NCBI GenBank assembly: GCA_951406725.2
Contig: OX597815.1
Span: 114,638,001-114,702,000, forward strand
Length of the DNA: 64,000 bases
Direction of reading: 5' to 3'
Source of the DNA: Octopus vulgaris
Lineage: Eukaryota
Below are positions 54,301 to 64,000 of this stretch, piece after piece; positions within the stretch are counted from its first letter, which is position 1, and the number at the start of each line of letters is the position of its first letter. The notes under the pieces are model-generated. The model saw only the letters and a list, made by a program, of their open reading frames with translations. It ran no database searches and was not told the origin of the DNA. A program made the translations under genes and the position numbers.

Positions 54301-57300
54301 GAAAAACAAGTCATTAATAGGAAACATCATATGAAGGGTTGCTGAAAAGTTCCTGGCTTTAAGGGTATCATGAAAGGCCTGATTGGAGGCCCAACCTTCC
54401 AAGTTCTTTAACAGGGCTTAGAAAAACTGAAGGACAACTGCAATAAGTGTGTGAATCTGAGAGAGGAATATGTTGAATAAAATTATAATTAACTAATCCG
54501 CCTGTATTTTCTTTTACCTTAAGCCAGGAACTTTTTAGCACCCCTTCATTTGTGTATGTGAGAGAGAGTACATATGCATGAATTTGCTACAGTTATGTTC
54601 TAACATTATGAAAATATAGGTCACATGAAAAATTTAAATTCAACTTTTAAATGTTAGAAAGTTTCTAATTTAAACAGGTTTTAACTGTAATAGTCTTGTT
54701 TCTTTGATGTTAGGCAAAATGTATTAATCTTTGACATAAAAGTTCTCAAGAACAATGCTCTAAAAGATGAAACATATGATGCAATTTAAGAAAAAATACT
54801 TTGGAGCAAAATATATAAATTCAGATAGTGAGTACCACCTTGGAGTAGCTTACTGTATGCAAAAGGGCAAATTTATCTTTTGAAGATCTAATTTATAAAC
54901 TAGACTGCCTAAGTAGCTCCATTCAGAATCAAAAACGCAACAAGCATTTTAAGGCTACTTCACCACTCCATTTTGCCCTCTTCACCATAACTACTCTACC
55001 CTTATTTCATCCCCAATTGTCTTCATCCACATCTTTGTGGGTCTTCCTATTCATCTATTACCTTCCATAATCATTTTCAGCACTCCTCTCACCTAGTGAC
55101 CTTCATCTTTCCTCAGCACATGACCAAGCCATCTCACCCCATTTTTCTTCATAACATCCATCACTGATTCTATTCCCATTATTATCGGCAATTCATTTTG
55201 TTTTCCTCTTGTAGAAGGACTTCACTTAGCTAGCAAATCCTTTTTATATCTGTTCTGCCCTTTTAGGTTCATTACCTATATCTCATGCCTAGAGATGCAA
55301 AGATATCTCAAACATGTCAACAAAACAAAACTTTAACCACATTTAGTATGCCGATATATAAATTCACACCAATTGACAAAGACAAGTGGTACTTTATCTA
55401 AATTCATAAATATGGTGTTCAGACTTTCTTTATGAAACAATTACTAATACATTAATTGCTGCAAAATGTTTAAACAGATACTCCTCTTAAAAGAAAATCT
55501 GAGACTCCTAACACTTTTAGAGAAAAAAATTTTAAAAAAAGAACAGTTGTATAATGTCGGTATTAAAAAAATTCTATGTTCAAATGATAGGAATGAGCAA
55601 AATATACAATAAAACTAAAAGTAAAAAGGACTTACCTTAAGTTTAGCATGAGTACGGACTTCAATTGTTTGAATGATGAGTTTCTCAATGGAGAGATGTT
55701 CACTCTACAATGAAAGGTACAAAATATATAACACATTTCTTGTATACTTCAATTACAAAGACAGATGAAGCTTACACTTTACACCTTAAGCTAACAATTT
55801 TAGAATGTAGAAACAATCTGTATGAGTAATCCATTATGATTCTTTAGCAACATTTCTGCTACTTTTCAAAAATAAACACTGATTACAAACCATCTATGCA
55901 GTACAAAGTAAAGCTATACTTCTTGCTTTAGTTAACTTACATCTAGAGCATATGACAGGTACTGGATAGCAAATTTGGATACACATACATACATGACAGC
56001 AGATACACTTACAAATTGAGAAAGCTGAGTAATAACAATGACTATTGTAGGTTCTTAATGCCTGTCTATGTAGATCCACAACTTGACCTATAGTTACAGA
56101 CTTATAACATTTATCTAGTAATGATATTGTGAAAACACAATGCCATTTTATAATAGCAAGCTGTTAAATTTATAATGAATTTAACAGCTTGATATATTAT
56201 TAAATAGTTAGAATGGCTTTTGGCTCAGTGGACAGAGCATTGGGTTAACAATCATGAGATAATGAGTTTGGTTCCTGGACCGGGCTGTTTGTTGTGCTCT
56301 TGAGCAAGACATTTTGTTTCATGTTGCTCCAGTTCACTCAGTTGTAGTAATGAGTTGTGATGTCACTGGTGCCAAGCTGTATTGGCCTTTACCTTTCCCT
56401 TGGATAACATCCTGGTGTGGAGAGGGGAGGTTTGTATGGATTTGAAACTACTGGTCTTCCATAAACAACTTTGCTTGGACTGACTTATTATATTCTATTT
56501 ATTTATTTTTCAAGAGTGTTTGAAAAAGTATAACAGCCTGTATGTGATTCAGCTACCAGGTTCAAAATAAAGTCCTTTTTTTTTCCTAGAAACCATGAGC
56601 TTTGATAAAATACAAAAAAGATTGTGACAAACATAGCATGCATGCATGCATGCATACTAACATACATACGTGCGTGTGTGAAGAGAAACAGAGATAGATA
56701 CGTGAGGAGATTAAAGTAATAGCCAATATTAATATAGAAAAGCTTGTCTCTGATTCTTACCCTTATGGATAATCCTACTTTTCGAGCTTCCTCAACAGTC
56801 ATGAGTGGAATGTGACTTATCTGTAACGGTTTGCCTTCATCTTCTTCTGATACATGAACACTTAGTTTATAAACTAGTTAAAGAAATTTTAAAAACAATT
56901 TGTCAACCATTTTAGCTAATTGGCATATTACTGGACTGTTTAACAAATTTTAATGTTCACTAAAAATACTGGGACAAACACTTAATAACTGAAAAAAGGT
57001 TACATTAACAAGACCTTAACCACAATCTCAGGTGTGTGAATGAAATACAAAAATCGGATATTTTTGTGGGGTGTTTGATAATTGTATTTTAAGAAAGAAA
57101 TCTTTAATTCTTTTAATTATATTTTTACCAATGCCAATTATTATTTTACATACTACTGTGAAATTCAAATAGAAGCATGAATGTTTTTCCAAGTTTTCTT
57201 CATATTCAAATTGCTAATCTAAAGACAGCAAAGTTAGAATTAAAGGTTTAAACTGAATTTATATTAATAATAATAATTAAAAAAAAAAAATAGTTCTGAA

Positions 57301-57647
57301 ACTCACCACTGCTATCTTTTTCTTTTTTAATTTGATCTCTGAAATAGATAGAGAAGTATTTTTAGTACAATTATAATTGCTGATTAACATTGACTATTAT
57401 CAAAGGTGAAGGTATCTATAGCTCATTAATATAATCCAATATATAACTGGTACTTAGGTATAACTGTGCAGTTGAGAAGTTCACCAACTACATGGATTTG
57501 GATTCAGTCCCAACTGTGCAGTACCTGGAAGTGTTTTCTATTAAAGATCTGGGTCTATCAAAGCCTTGTCAGTGGATATGGTAGGTGCAAGTTAACAAGA
57601 AGCTCTTTGTATGCATGTGTGTATATTATATACATACATATGTATGG

Positions 57648-57707
<60 letters not shown>

Positions 57708-60700
57708 TATATGTACACACACACACATGTATGATGATGGCTCAACAGGCTGAAACATCTAAGTCATGGTCAGTATTGTTCTTGCTAAAGAATAAGACAC
57801 ATATATTCTTTTTCATTTCACAACCTTTATTTTTCCATGCTTGCATGGATTGGTTGAATACATTATTTGAAGCATTGTTTTACAGTTGGATGCCTTTTCT
57901 GAAGTTAACCCATGCTTGTTTTTCAATTAAGGGAACACTTACCCCACCTGACTTCAAAGGCGTGAAATGCCCAAATGATTTGCTAACAAGAAACACTAAC
58001 ACCTACCACTTTCATATAAGTGATTGCAGAGGAAAACAAACACACACATATAACAGTCACTAAATTCACTCAGAAGGCTTTGATTGATCCACACAATTGG
58101 TCTAAACCTAAAAGCCACATGGTTGGGAAGTGAACTTCATACCTTCACAGCCATGTGGAATAAGAGATGCCTTACTTGAAAAACAAGTAAGTATTAGTAA
58201 CAGGAAAGACATCTTATTGTTAAACAAATATGTTAATAGCATTTTTATCCAACCTGTGCTAGCATAAAAGAAATGGACATAAATAAAAGCACACCAAAGA
58301 CAAAGTTCACCCAACAAAATATTGAGAATAATGAGATAATCTACATCATAGAGAATCTAGCTCAGTTTTAAAGCATTTAAGCTAGACTCATATATTGCAA
58401 TTAAATATAAAACTTCTTTTATCAAGCAGAAATAAAAGTGTGAAAAATAACCTTACCTCCAGTAAGATACAACCAAACATTTCCCAGGAGTATAGTCCTC
58501 TACTCGAACACTATCACCAAGCCGTTCTCTAACAAGACGTTGAATCTTGACAAAGAAAAAAAATAAACACATTTATGTTACATTAACTGATGAGTAAACA
58601 ATCTCATTAATATTTTAGAAGGTATATGAGTAAAGTCATTTAATCAAAATAGTTGATACCTCTCAGTAGTTATATCTTTATCATTTACAGAAAGAGAAAA
58701 CATTTTTACCATATCTAGCCTAATTGTATTTAACATAAGGTCTGGAACGAATTAACAGACATGGATTTGAATGTAACAGATACATATCTTTTGAAATAAA
58801 TGTAAGGGCTATAGGTGCATGCTACTCAAGATGTTGATGGGAAGTGCAATGACATTTTCTTGATATGAGTAGCATTTGTTTTCTTGCTTTTGAAAGAGAT
58901 AAGACCTTCAATGAAAGATGCTTTTGAGATCCCTGTTCATTGAATCAAAGCAGGTTTGGCATATAGTGTCTAGGTTGCATATGGTTGAGAATCATTCAGG
59001 AAGAATAACGGACAGTCTCATCCATGTATATGTAGGTGTTGTAGTGAATCTAGAATGGTAGAAGACAGACAGATTCAGAGGTGATTTGTCAAGTTTGAGC
59101 AGTAGGAAGTTGGATACAAAGTGAACAGTGAAAGTGGAGGCTTTCTTCACAGAACCATAACCCTGATATTTATTTGGTAAGGGACCAAAAATATCAGCTG
59201 CTGTTTAAAAAGTAGTTCTTCACAATAGATGAAGTCATCTTTTTTGGTTTGGATAGCAATCTTGTAGATGTTACATTATTAGATAAATGCTCTCCAGTTT
59301 TTGAGAATGAGTGAGTTTCTCCAAGTGCTGTTGGCCTTGTTTTTTCACCTCAACTACTTCAAGGACTTAAAAAATTGAGTTTTTGCTGTGAGATGTTGAG
59401 GGAAATACCTAAAAGGATAAGTTCAGTCAACTGCCCAGCTGTCAGAGATTGCTCAGGAATGAAACAAATATGCTTCCAAGAGTAATTAGCATAAAACTGG
59501 CAGAAGTTATACCAGTTTGCTGAATTGAAGTGCAATAGGGTGTGGTATGTGAATGCATACTAGGTAATTGCAATGAGGCAGTGGAAGGATGATTTAATAG
59601 GTGCAGAAGTAGTTACAGTTTGATAGAGATTAGGTTTAGAGGTGAAAGGACTCAAGGGTGTTTTCCTTATTTCAATGAAATATATATCAAATTTAAATAA
59701 CTGTATATACATACCTGTGAGTGCAATACTTCCAGTTGTAAAGACAAACAGAAGGAATCTTAAGAGATGACTTAAGGAAATATATTTAAAATTATTGTGA
59801 AAAAAATAAAGGAAAATACTTTTGCACATTTGTACATATAAAATACAAAACATCAATTAGCTTTGACAATTATGCTAGCATGGAAAAATAAATGCTAAAA
59901 CATTAATGAGCTTAATGTCAAAAGGCTCACTTTCTAAAATAAAGAGAAGAGGGATGTTTTGCTTTAAAGCAGTATGTTACAGGTACTTAAATTAATTCTG
60001 TAATATAAGAAAGGTAAAATAAGACAACTATAATCCAACAACAGAATGCCTAGCTTTAGAGTGTGCAGCAAATGCTCAGTCTCTTTCAGACTGGTGCTAT
60101 GTACAAGCTCTTTTAGTAACTAATTTAAATGGATAGATTAATAATAATCTTCTCTCATAACAAAAAGAAAAACATTTCCATTTCCTTCTAAAAACCCTGG
60201 GTTGAAAGTATTACTCATTTCTATTCACCAGAAATACTTAGTAATATATTCTAAATAATTAATGAAATCAGTTTTAAGTCAACAAGATTTTTGGTTTCAT
60301 TCACATTACCAATTATGACAAAGTATTTTCATAAAATATAGGACCAATAATGTATCCTCCATCTCATTTTATGTTACACTTTCTTCTGAAGTGATAATTC
60401 CACATTTGTCCTATCTCATACATGTGTGCCAGGGTAGACCATTCATCATCAACATCATCATTTAACGTCCATTTTCCATGCTGGCATGGGTTGGACTGGC
60501 AAGCCAGGAAGCTGCACCAGGCTCCAATCTGATCTGGCAATGTTTCTACAGCTGTATGCCCTTCCTAACACCAACCACTCCGAGTGTAATGGGTGCTTTT
60601 TATGTGCCACCGGCACAGGAACCAGTCAGGCGGCATGACGATGATGATGATTTTATAATAATATGACCAAAATAGGAAAATCAATGTTTTGCATTTAATT

Positions 60701-62596
60701 TTCAAATTTTGAAGCACTACAAAAGCAATGGGGCAGAAATCGTGATTTGATCAAGTCAAGATTAACCTGCTTAGACATGTTAAGAATAAATATGTGAATA
60801 ATTGTTCCAGATCTTGCTCTTCACAATACAAATAACATTTTTTTCTTTTACTAAGGAGTGGATGTGTGGTAAGTAGCTTGCTTACCAACCACATGGTTCC
60901 AGGATGAGTCTCACTGCATGGCACCTTGAGCAAGAGTCTTCTACTATAGCCTCGAGCCAACCAAAACCTTGTGAGTGGATAAAGTACAAGGAAACAGAAA
61001 GAAGCCCATCATATATATATATATATATATGTTTGTGTGTGTCTGTGCTTGTCCCACCACCATTGCATGACAACCGATGTTGGTATGCTTGCGTCCCTGT
61101 AACTTAGTGGTTCGGCAAAAATGACCAATAGAATAAGTATCAGGCTTACAAAGAAGTCCTGGGGTTGATTTGTTTAACTAAAGGTGGTGCTCCAGCATGG
61201 CCACAGTCAAATGACAGAAAAGAATAAAAGAATCTGTAAGTTTCCTTCTTATTTCAAAATACTGCTTTAGTACTAAGATACTTCTTACTCATTAGACAAT
61301 ATATTTATCAAAAGTATTTATACAGATTAATTTAACAAAAAATGTTCTATGTAATGCTAACCACTATTAATGAAACAAACTGAGCATATTTATTATATTC
61401 TGAGCATGTAGACAAATTAGTTCTACAACCTGTAACACAAATAAAGATAGTTCACTAATTTTTTCATTGTGTTTTGTGACATTAAACAAATGTATCAGAT
61501 AATTCTTTTATAAAAATCATGAAAAATAATTCATCCTTGCACAAAAAGTATACGTAGCATTCTGTAGAGATCATGTAGAGGTTTCTCATTATCCAGAAGA
61601 CGAGACTGCACTAGTCTATGGATGTAGTTTACCTAATAAAATAAAAATGACTTCTTTAATGTAATTTTTTTTTAATATTCATGTATAACATAATGTTTAA
61701 AATGAATTAAGGTGAACGGAAAAAATAACACAGCTTGAAACAGTATTACAAGTGATATATTCCAAATTGTTGAAGATGTATGCAAATATATGTATAAATT
61801 TGAAGAAAAATCTCTAAAATATTTTTTGACTGAGATTATTCTTTATAAAATCACTAAATGTACCATTTATTGATCCTTATGAACACATAATAAAACAAAA
61901 TAATAAATTATTAATAGACACATTTTGATATATGGTAATAATCCTTTCTACTGTAGGCACAAGTCCTGAAATTTTGTAAGAGGGGACTAGCCAATTACAT
62001 CAACCCCAGTGCTTGATTGGTACCTATTTTTATTGACCCCAAAAGTATGAAACGCAAAGTTGACCGTGTGGTATTTGGACTCAAAATGTAAATATGGACA
62101 AAATGCCACTAAGCATTTTTGTCTGGCATGCTAACACTTTGGCCAGCTCACTGCCTTCATATATGGTAATAATGAGAAAGGAACTTCAGATAAAACATTA
62201 AAAAAGTGTGCACTATTTTTTAATATATTTGAACCATGCTTCAATTAGTTTTAAATTAGAAGCCAATTAAGTGTTTCTTTTGCTGAGTATTTGACACACT
62301 AAGCTACTTTTTTAATGTAAATAGCATATTTTACAGAAACTAAAATTCAAGAAGAATGTTAGCTCACACATTGAAAAAGAAAGTGTTATATTAAAAAATA
62401 TCTGCAAATTTCTCTATTACTGAAAATCCCAAGTTGAAAGTGCCACCTATAATGATGTATATAGCTTTTGAAATAAAATTTACAAACAAAAATACTTGAA
62501 TAATGTGTAAATACTAAAATTCAACAAGTAAATCGATGCTTTAAACTTAGAACTATTAAATGTTTACCTGCAGAGAGTGGACCAAGCTTTTTCCAT
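20485..62596 (-). CDS. MED14: Mediator complex subunit 14, 32 coding exons, 5'-partial (gene continues beyond the window)
   Basis: Spliced translation gives motifs I recognise from vertebrate MED14: [126 protein letters not shown]. All 31 introns are GT-AG with compatible phases. Confidence 0.97.
22005..22127 (-). CDS. MED14: MED14 exon: [41 protein letters not shown]
   Basis: 123 nt, phase 0/0. Confidence 0.95.
22796..24111 (-). mobile_element. 5'-truncated RTE-clade LINE, copy 1 (stop-free RT C-terminal ORF 23042-24151)
   Basis: [30 protein letters not shown] motifs; (GAT)n tail. Confidence 0.93.
24418..24525 (-). CDS. MED14: MED14 exon: [36 protein letters not shown]
   Basis: 108 nt, phase 0/0. 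Confidence 0.95.
25254..25315 (-). CDS. MED14: MED14 exon: (D)[20 protein letters not shown]
   Basis: 62 nt, phase 1 to 0. Confidence 0.94.
25697..26211 (-). mobile_element. RTE 3' fragment with a ~42-bp tandem array at its 5' junction (25985-26211)
   Basis: RTE 3'UTR and tail; unit GTGAGGCCCAACACTCGAAAGGAACTCAGCCACCTCGCCTCC, about 5.5 copies. Confidence 0.75.
26594..26717 (-). CDS. MED14: MED14 exon: [41 protein letters not shown](D)
   Basis: 124 nt, phase 0 to 1. Confidence 0.94.
27244..27449 (-). CDS. MED14: MED14 exon: [26 protein letters not shown]...[25 protein letters not shown]
   Basis: 206 nt, phase 1 to 0. Confidence 0.95.
28042..28224 (-). CDS. MED14: MED14 exon, S/P-rich: [29 protein letters not shown]...SEHSKSS
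   Basis: 183 nt, phase 1/1; NWPGSP motif. Confidence 0.93.
29181..29746. mobile_element. Foldback/MITE-like element with ~90-100-bp imperfect inverted arms
   Basis: 29181-29272 is reverse-complementary to 29647-29746. Confidence 0.7.
32243..32492 (-). CDS. MED14: MED14 exon, S/P-rich: [19 protein letters not shown]...PAGPFIAHQ(G)
   Basis: 250 nt, phase 0 to 1. Confidence 0.92.
34456..34707 (-). CDS. MED14: MED14 exon: [30 protein letters not shown]...[21 protein letters not shown]
   Basis: 252 nt, phase 0/0. Confidence 0.95.
35882..35999 (-). CDS. MED14: MED14 exon: [39 protein letters not shown]
   Basis: 118 nt, phase 2 to 0; acceptor with TTCCTTAAC branch site. Confidence 0.95.
36000..38143 (-). 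other. U12-type (minor spliceosome) GT-AG intron of MED14
   Basis: 5'SS GTATCCTTTT (38143-38134); branch site TTCCTTAAC (36017-36009) 9 nt before the end of the intron; no polypyrimidine tract. Confidence 0.93.
38144..38220 (-). CDS. MED14: MED14 exon: [25 protein letters not shown](V)
   Basis: 77 nt, phase 0 to 2; donor GTATCCTTTT (U12). Confidence 0.94.
38331..38405 (-). CDS. MED14: MED14 exon: [25 protein letters not shown]
   Basis: 75 nt, phase 0/0. Confidence 0.93.
38841..39002 (-). CDS. MED14: MED14 exon: [20 protein letters not shown]...DAVANLVQ
   Basis: 162 nt, phase 0/0. Confidence 0.93.
40217..41652 (-). mobile_element. 5'-truncated RTE LINE, copy 2 (frameshifted)
   Basis: ORFs 41334-41894 (3' part) and 40795-41058 match copy 1; (GAT)n tail. 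Confidence 0.93.
41727..41818 (-). CDS. MED14: MED14 exon: (D)[30 protein letters not shown]
   Basis: 92 nt; YNYRKL motif; an in-phase alternative acceptor would start the exon at 41806. Confidence 0.88.
42967..43104 (-). CDS. MED14: MED14 exon: [45 protein letters not shown]
   Basis: 138 nt, phase 1/1. Confidence 0.93.
43580..43875 (-). mobile_element. Young RTE 3' end joined to a SINE family B internal fragment
   Basis: RTE tail and 3'UTR 43580-43803; family B body 43804-43875. Confidence 0.75.
44137..44185 (-). CDS. MED14: MED14 exon: [16 protein letters not shown](G)
   Basis: 49 nt, phase 0 to 1. Confidence 0.92.
44846..44957 (-). CDS. MED14: MED14 exon: [37 protein letters not shown]
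   Basis: 112 nt, phase 2 to 0. Confidence 0.93.
46111..46187 (-). CDS. MED14: MED14 exon: [25 protein letters not shown](D)
   Basis: 77 nt, phase 0 to 2. Confidence 0.93.
46808..47019 (-). mobile_element. SINE family A, CpG-decayed (similar copy 61950-62156)
   Basis: Aligns by eye to 12510-12678 with CG changed to TG or CA. Confidence 0.8.
47220..47348 (-). CDS. MED14: MED14 exon: [43 protein letters not shown]
   Basis: 129 nt, phase 0/0. Confidence 0.92.
48136..48730 (-). mobile_element. Two tandem RTE 3'-end fragments
   Basis: Two (CAT)n-TTTAAYATCC tails at ~48136 and ~48393. Similar fragments lie near 18060, 21245, 22310, 31440, 37454, 37900, 52510, 60443 and 63310. Confidence 0.8.
48770..48816 (-). 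CDS. MED14: MED14 exon: (S)[15 protein letters not shown]
   Basis: 47 nt, phase 1 to 0, GTAAGT donor. Confidence 0.87.
49466..49664 (-). CDS. MED14: MED14 exon: [21 protein letters not shown]...THGPYATVF
   Basis: 199 nt, GTGAGT donor. Confidence 0.92.
49909..50068 (-). CDS. MED14: MED14 exon: [16 protein letters not shown]...[16 protein letters not shown]
   Basis: 160 nt, phase 2 to 0. Confidence 0.92.
50746..52251 (-). mobile_element. 5'-truncated RTE LINE, copy 3 (retains YADD)
   Basis: [17 protein letters not shown] with YADD at 52231-52220; ORFs 51464-52171 and 51277-51615; ~63-nt tandem repeats in the 3'UTR. Confidence 0.94.
52289..52367 (-). CDS. MED14: MED14 exon: [25 protein letters not shown](R)
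   Basis: 79 nt, phase 1 to 2. Confidence 0.9.
53194..53319 (-). CDS. MED14: MED14 exon: [41 protein letters not shown]
   Basis: 126 nt, phase 1/1. Confidence 0.92.
53495..53715. mobile_element. TTAA-flanked MITE (piggyBac-like ends)
   Basis: TTAACCATTTAGTATT at the left end, AATACTAAAATGTTAA at the right end. Confidence 0.6.
54237..54276 (-). CDS. MED14: MED14 exon: [13 protein letters not shown](C)
   Basis: 40 nt, TACAG acceptor, GTAAGT donor. Confidence 0.87.
54332..54548 (+). mobile_element. Tc1/mariner-derived MITE
   Basis: 28-bp TIRs matching at 26/28 (TGAAGGGTTGCTGAAAAGTTCCTGGCTT); TA on the left flank; transposase C-terminal remnant [21 protein letters not shown]. Confidence 0.88.
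55636..55704 (-). CDS. MED14: MED14 exon: [23 protein letters not shown]
   Basis: 69 nt, phase 0/0. Confidence 0.93.
56761..56873 (-). CDS. MED14: MED14 exon: [37 protein letters not shown]
   Basis: 113 nt, GTAAGA donor. Confidence 0.92.
57307..57338 (-). CDS. MED14: MED14 exon: (R)[10 protein letters not shown](V)
   Basis: 32 nt; needed to bridge phase 2 to phase 1; TTTCAG acceptor, GTGAGT donor. Confidence 0.85.
57651..57704. repeat. (TA)n microsatellite within a degraded SINE
   Basis: Long TA run. Confidence 0.9.
58457..58545 (-). CDS. MED14: MED14 exon: [29 protein letters not shown](R)
   Basis: 89 nt, AG/GT boundaries, phases consistent. Confidence 0.93.
58720..59570 (-). mobile_element. 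Ancient, internally deleted LINE ORF2 remnant (CR1/Crack/Daphne-like)
   Basis: Minus-strand peptide [25 protein letters not shown]...LTELILLG resembles the post-endonuclease region of such LINEs. Confidence 0.4.
59715..59758 (-). CDS. MED14: MED14 exon: (H)[14 protein letters not shown]
   Basis: 44 nt; acceptor preceded by TTCCTTAAG, donor GTATGT. Confidence 0.95.
59759..61553 (-). other. Probable U12-type intron of MED14 with variant signals
   Basis: 5'SS GTATACTTTT (A in place of C at +5); branch site TTCCTTAAG (59779-59771) 12 nt before the end of the intron. Confidence 0.7.
60855..61231 (+). mobile_element. SINE family B inside the second U12-type intron
   Basis: Full head-to-tail match to 13085-13452, with CpG decay. 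Confidence 0.88.
61554..61632 (-). CDS. MED14: MED14 exon: [26 protein letters not shown](H)
   Basis: 79 nt, phase 0 to 1; donor GTATACTTTT (U12-like). Confidence 0.93.
62568..62596 (-). CDS. MED14: MED14 exon, 29 nt: (D)GKSLVHSLQ
   Basis: Polypyrimidine-TAG acceptor, GTAAAC donor; resembles human DGRALVHSMQ as recalled. Confidence 0.9.
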
Positions 62597-64000
62597 CTAC
62601 AAAAAAATATTTTAAAAAAGTATAGAATGATTAAGAGAAATATAAAATGAACAGGTGATAGGTCTAATTTCGTATGAAAATATTAAATTGAAAGACTATA
62701 ACAACTCTTAAGATTAATTAATTCTACATGTTTCAATCAATTTTCAAATAAATATCTTTAAGGGATTACATTCTTATTTTAATTAAACAGTTTCAATTAA
62801 TTGTTGCTGATGAGCCCTATATTGGCTTTAACTAGTCAGATCAAATATCAAAAGCCTCCCAGACATGACCAACCTCTTTATTTTACCCAAGGCAGAGTGT
62901 AGCTGAAGTCCAGTGTTCAAAGTATCTTTTTGTAAAGACAGTATGAGCTAAAGAAGATTTAGCTGATAGTTCTAACAGTTCAAGCAACTATACAGCGTCT
63001 CCCACACTGTATGACATATGACATGGGACTAGTCATAGATATTTATGCTTATTTTCATATTTGATAGCAAGTATTTAAAGAATTGAAAGATTCAGTAGTT
63101 CAAATTGATAAGCTGCCAGCCTAGACATGGCCACCCAGTCCTTTTCCTAGGCATAGCATACCAGGACATAATCTAATTTGTCCTATTTTTAAGACAGTAA
63201 AGTGTGATATGAGGAAAATTTAGCTGCTAATTCCAGCAATTTGTGCAAGTGTTTGTATTCTAATACCAACAGTTGCCGTTTCTGCAGTCAAATCATTTTA
63301 TTTGTATTGGTCATGCCTAAGCAAGCCACGTAAAATTGTAGTCATAGCTGATGCCAGTGTTGCATAATTGGCACCTGTGCAGGTAGCATGTAAAAAGCAA
63401 CCTTCGAACATTGGGTCTCGTGGAGGCAGTGACAAGGGACCAAGACCTATGGCAATATACTGTGCTTGAGAGGACCTGTCAAGCCAAATGAGATCATAGT
63501 CATGGCTGATGCTGGTGTTATGTAACTGGCACTCATGCCAGTGGCACATGAAAAGTACCAACTACACTCTCAGAGTGGTTGGTGTTAGGAAGGGCATCCT
63601 GCCATAGAAACCATGCCAAAGCTTACCAGTTTTTCAGTCAAACTGTCCAACCCATACTATCATGGAAAACAGGTGTTAAATGATGATGAGCTAAATTTGA
63701 GAAAGTACAGCGTCGTTAGCTTACAGTGCTAAGCTTAAGTCACTATATGGCAACCCTAGGGAAATATCAATACCTTTTTCATTGAATACTTCACTGATGT
63801 CCCTATAGATGATTTTTTTAATACACAAATCACTAGGGATAGTCTACAACTCAAAAATGATCCTTTAACTTAGTGCATCACTAAATTTGCCCTGCAATAT
63901 TCTTTCTATTTGGCTTCCTATATTCTGAAGAACATTTCTAAAATTATGCTTTTAACATTTTTATAGAGAAGCTTCAAGAACATTTGTGGAATCTTGGTTA

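Noticed and set aside
62807-62832. Further hammerheads at CTGATGA sites (also ~30537, ~50322, ~58588)
   Set aside because: None has stem II followed by GAAA and a stem III/UH site.
716-63561. Most short ORFs in the six-frame track
   Set aside because: They are low-complexity, microsatellite-derived, SINE-derived or antisense to RTE and MED14 exons, with no independent coding evidence.

Overview
AT-rich, intron-rich animal genomic DNA. The repeat families (tRNA-derived SINEs, RTE LINEs with (GAT)n tails) point to an octopus or other coleoid cephalopod; this is an inference. Positions 20485-62596 hold 32 minus-strand coding exons of MED14 (Mediator subunit 14). I traced them by hand with consistent splice phases: 3707 nt, about 1235 codons. 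The N-terminal exons lie beyond the window end. Two MED14 introns carry minor-spliceosome (U12) signals: one is a perfect match and one has deviations at both signals. The introns also hold three young 5'-truncated RTE copies with a PHD-like finger inside the RT region, many SINE and RTE-tail fragments, MITEs and several short perfect hairpins. The first ~16 kb has no intact gene that I can recognise. It contains a Helitron-type 3' end, a retroposon-like insert with a 15-bp TSD and an unrecognised ORF, a candidate type I hammerhead ribozyme, a full-length dead hAT transposon, and spliced-looking remnants that may be a degraded trypsin-like pseudogene. All coordinates were read by eye and no database searches were run.
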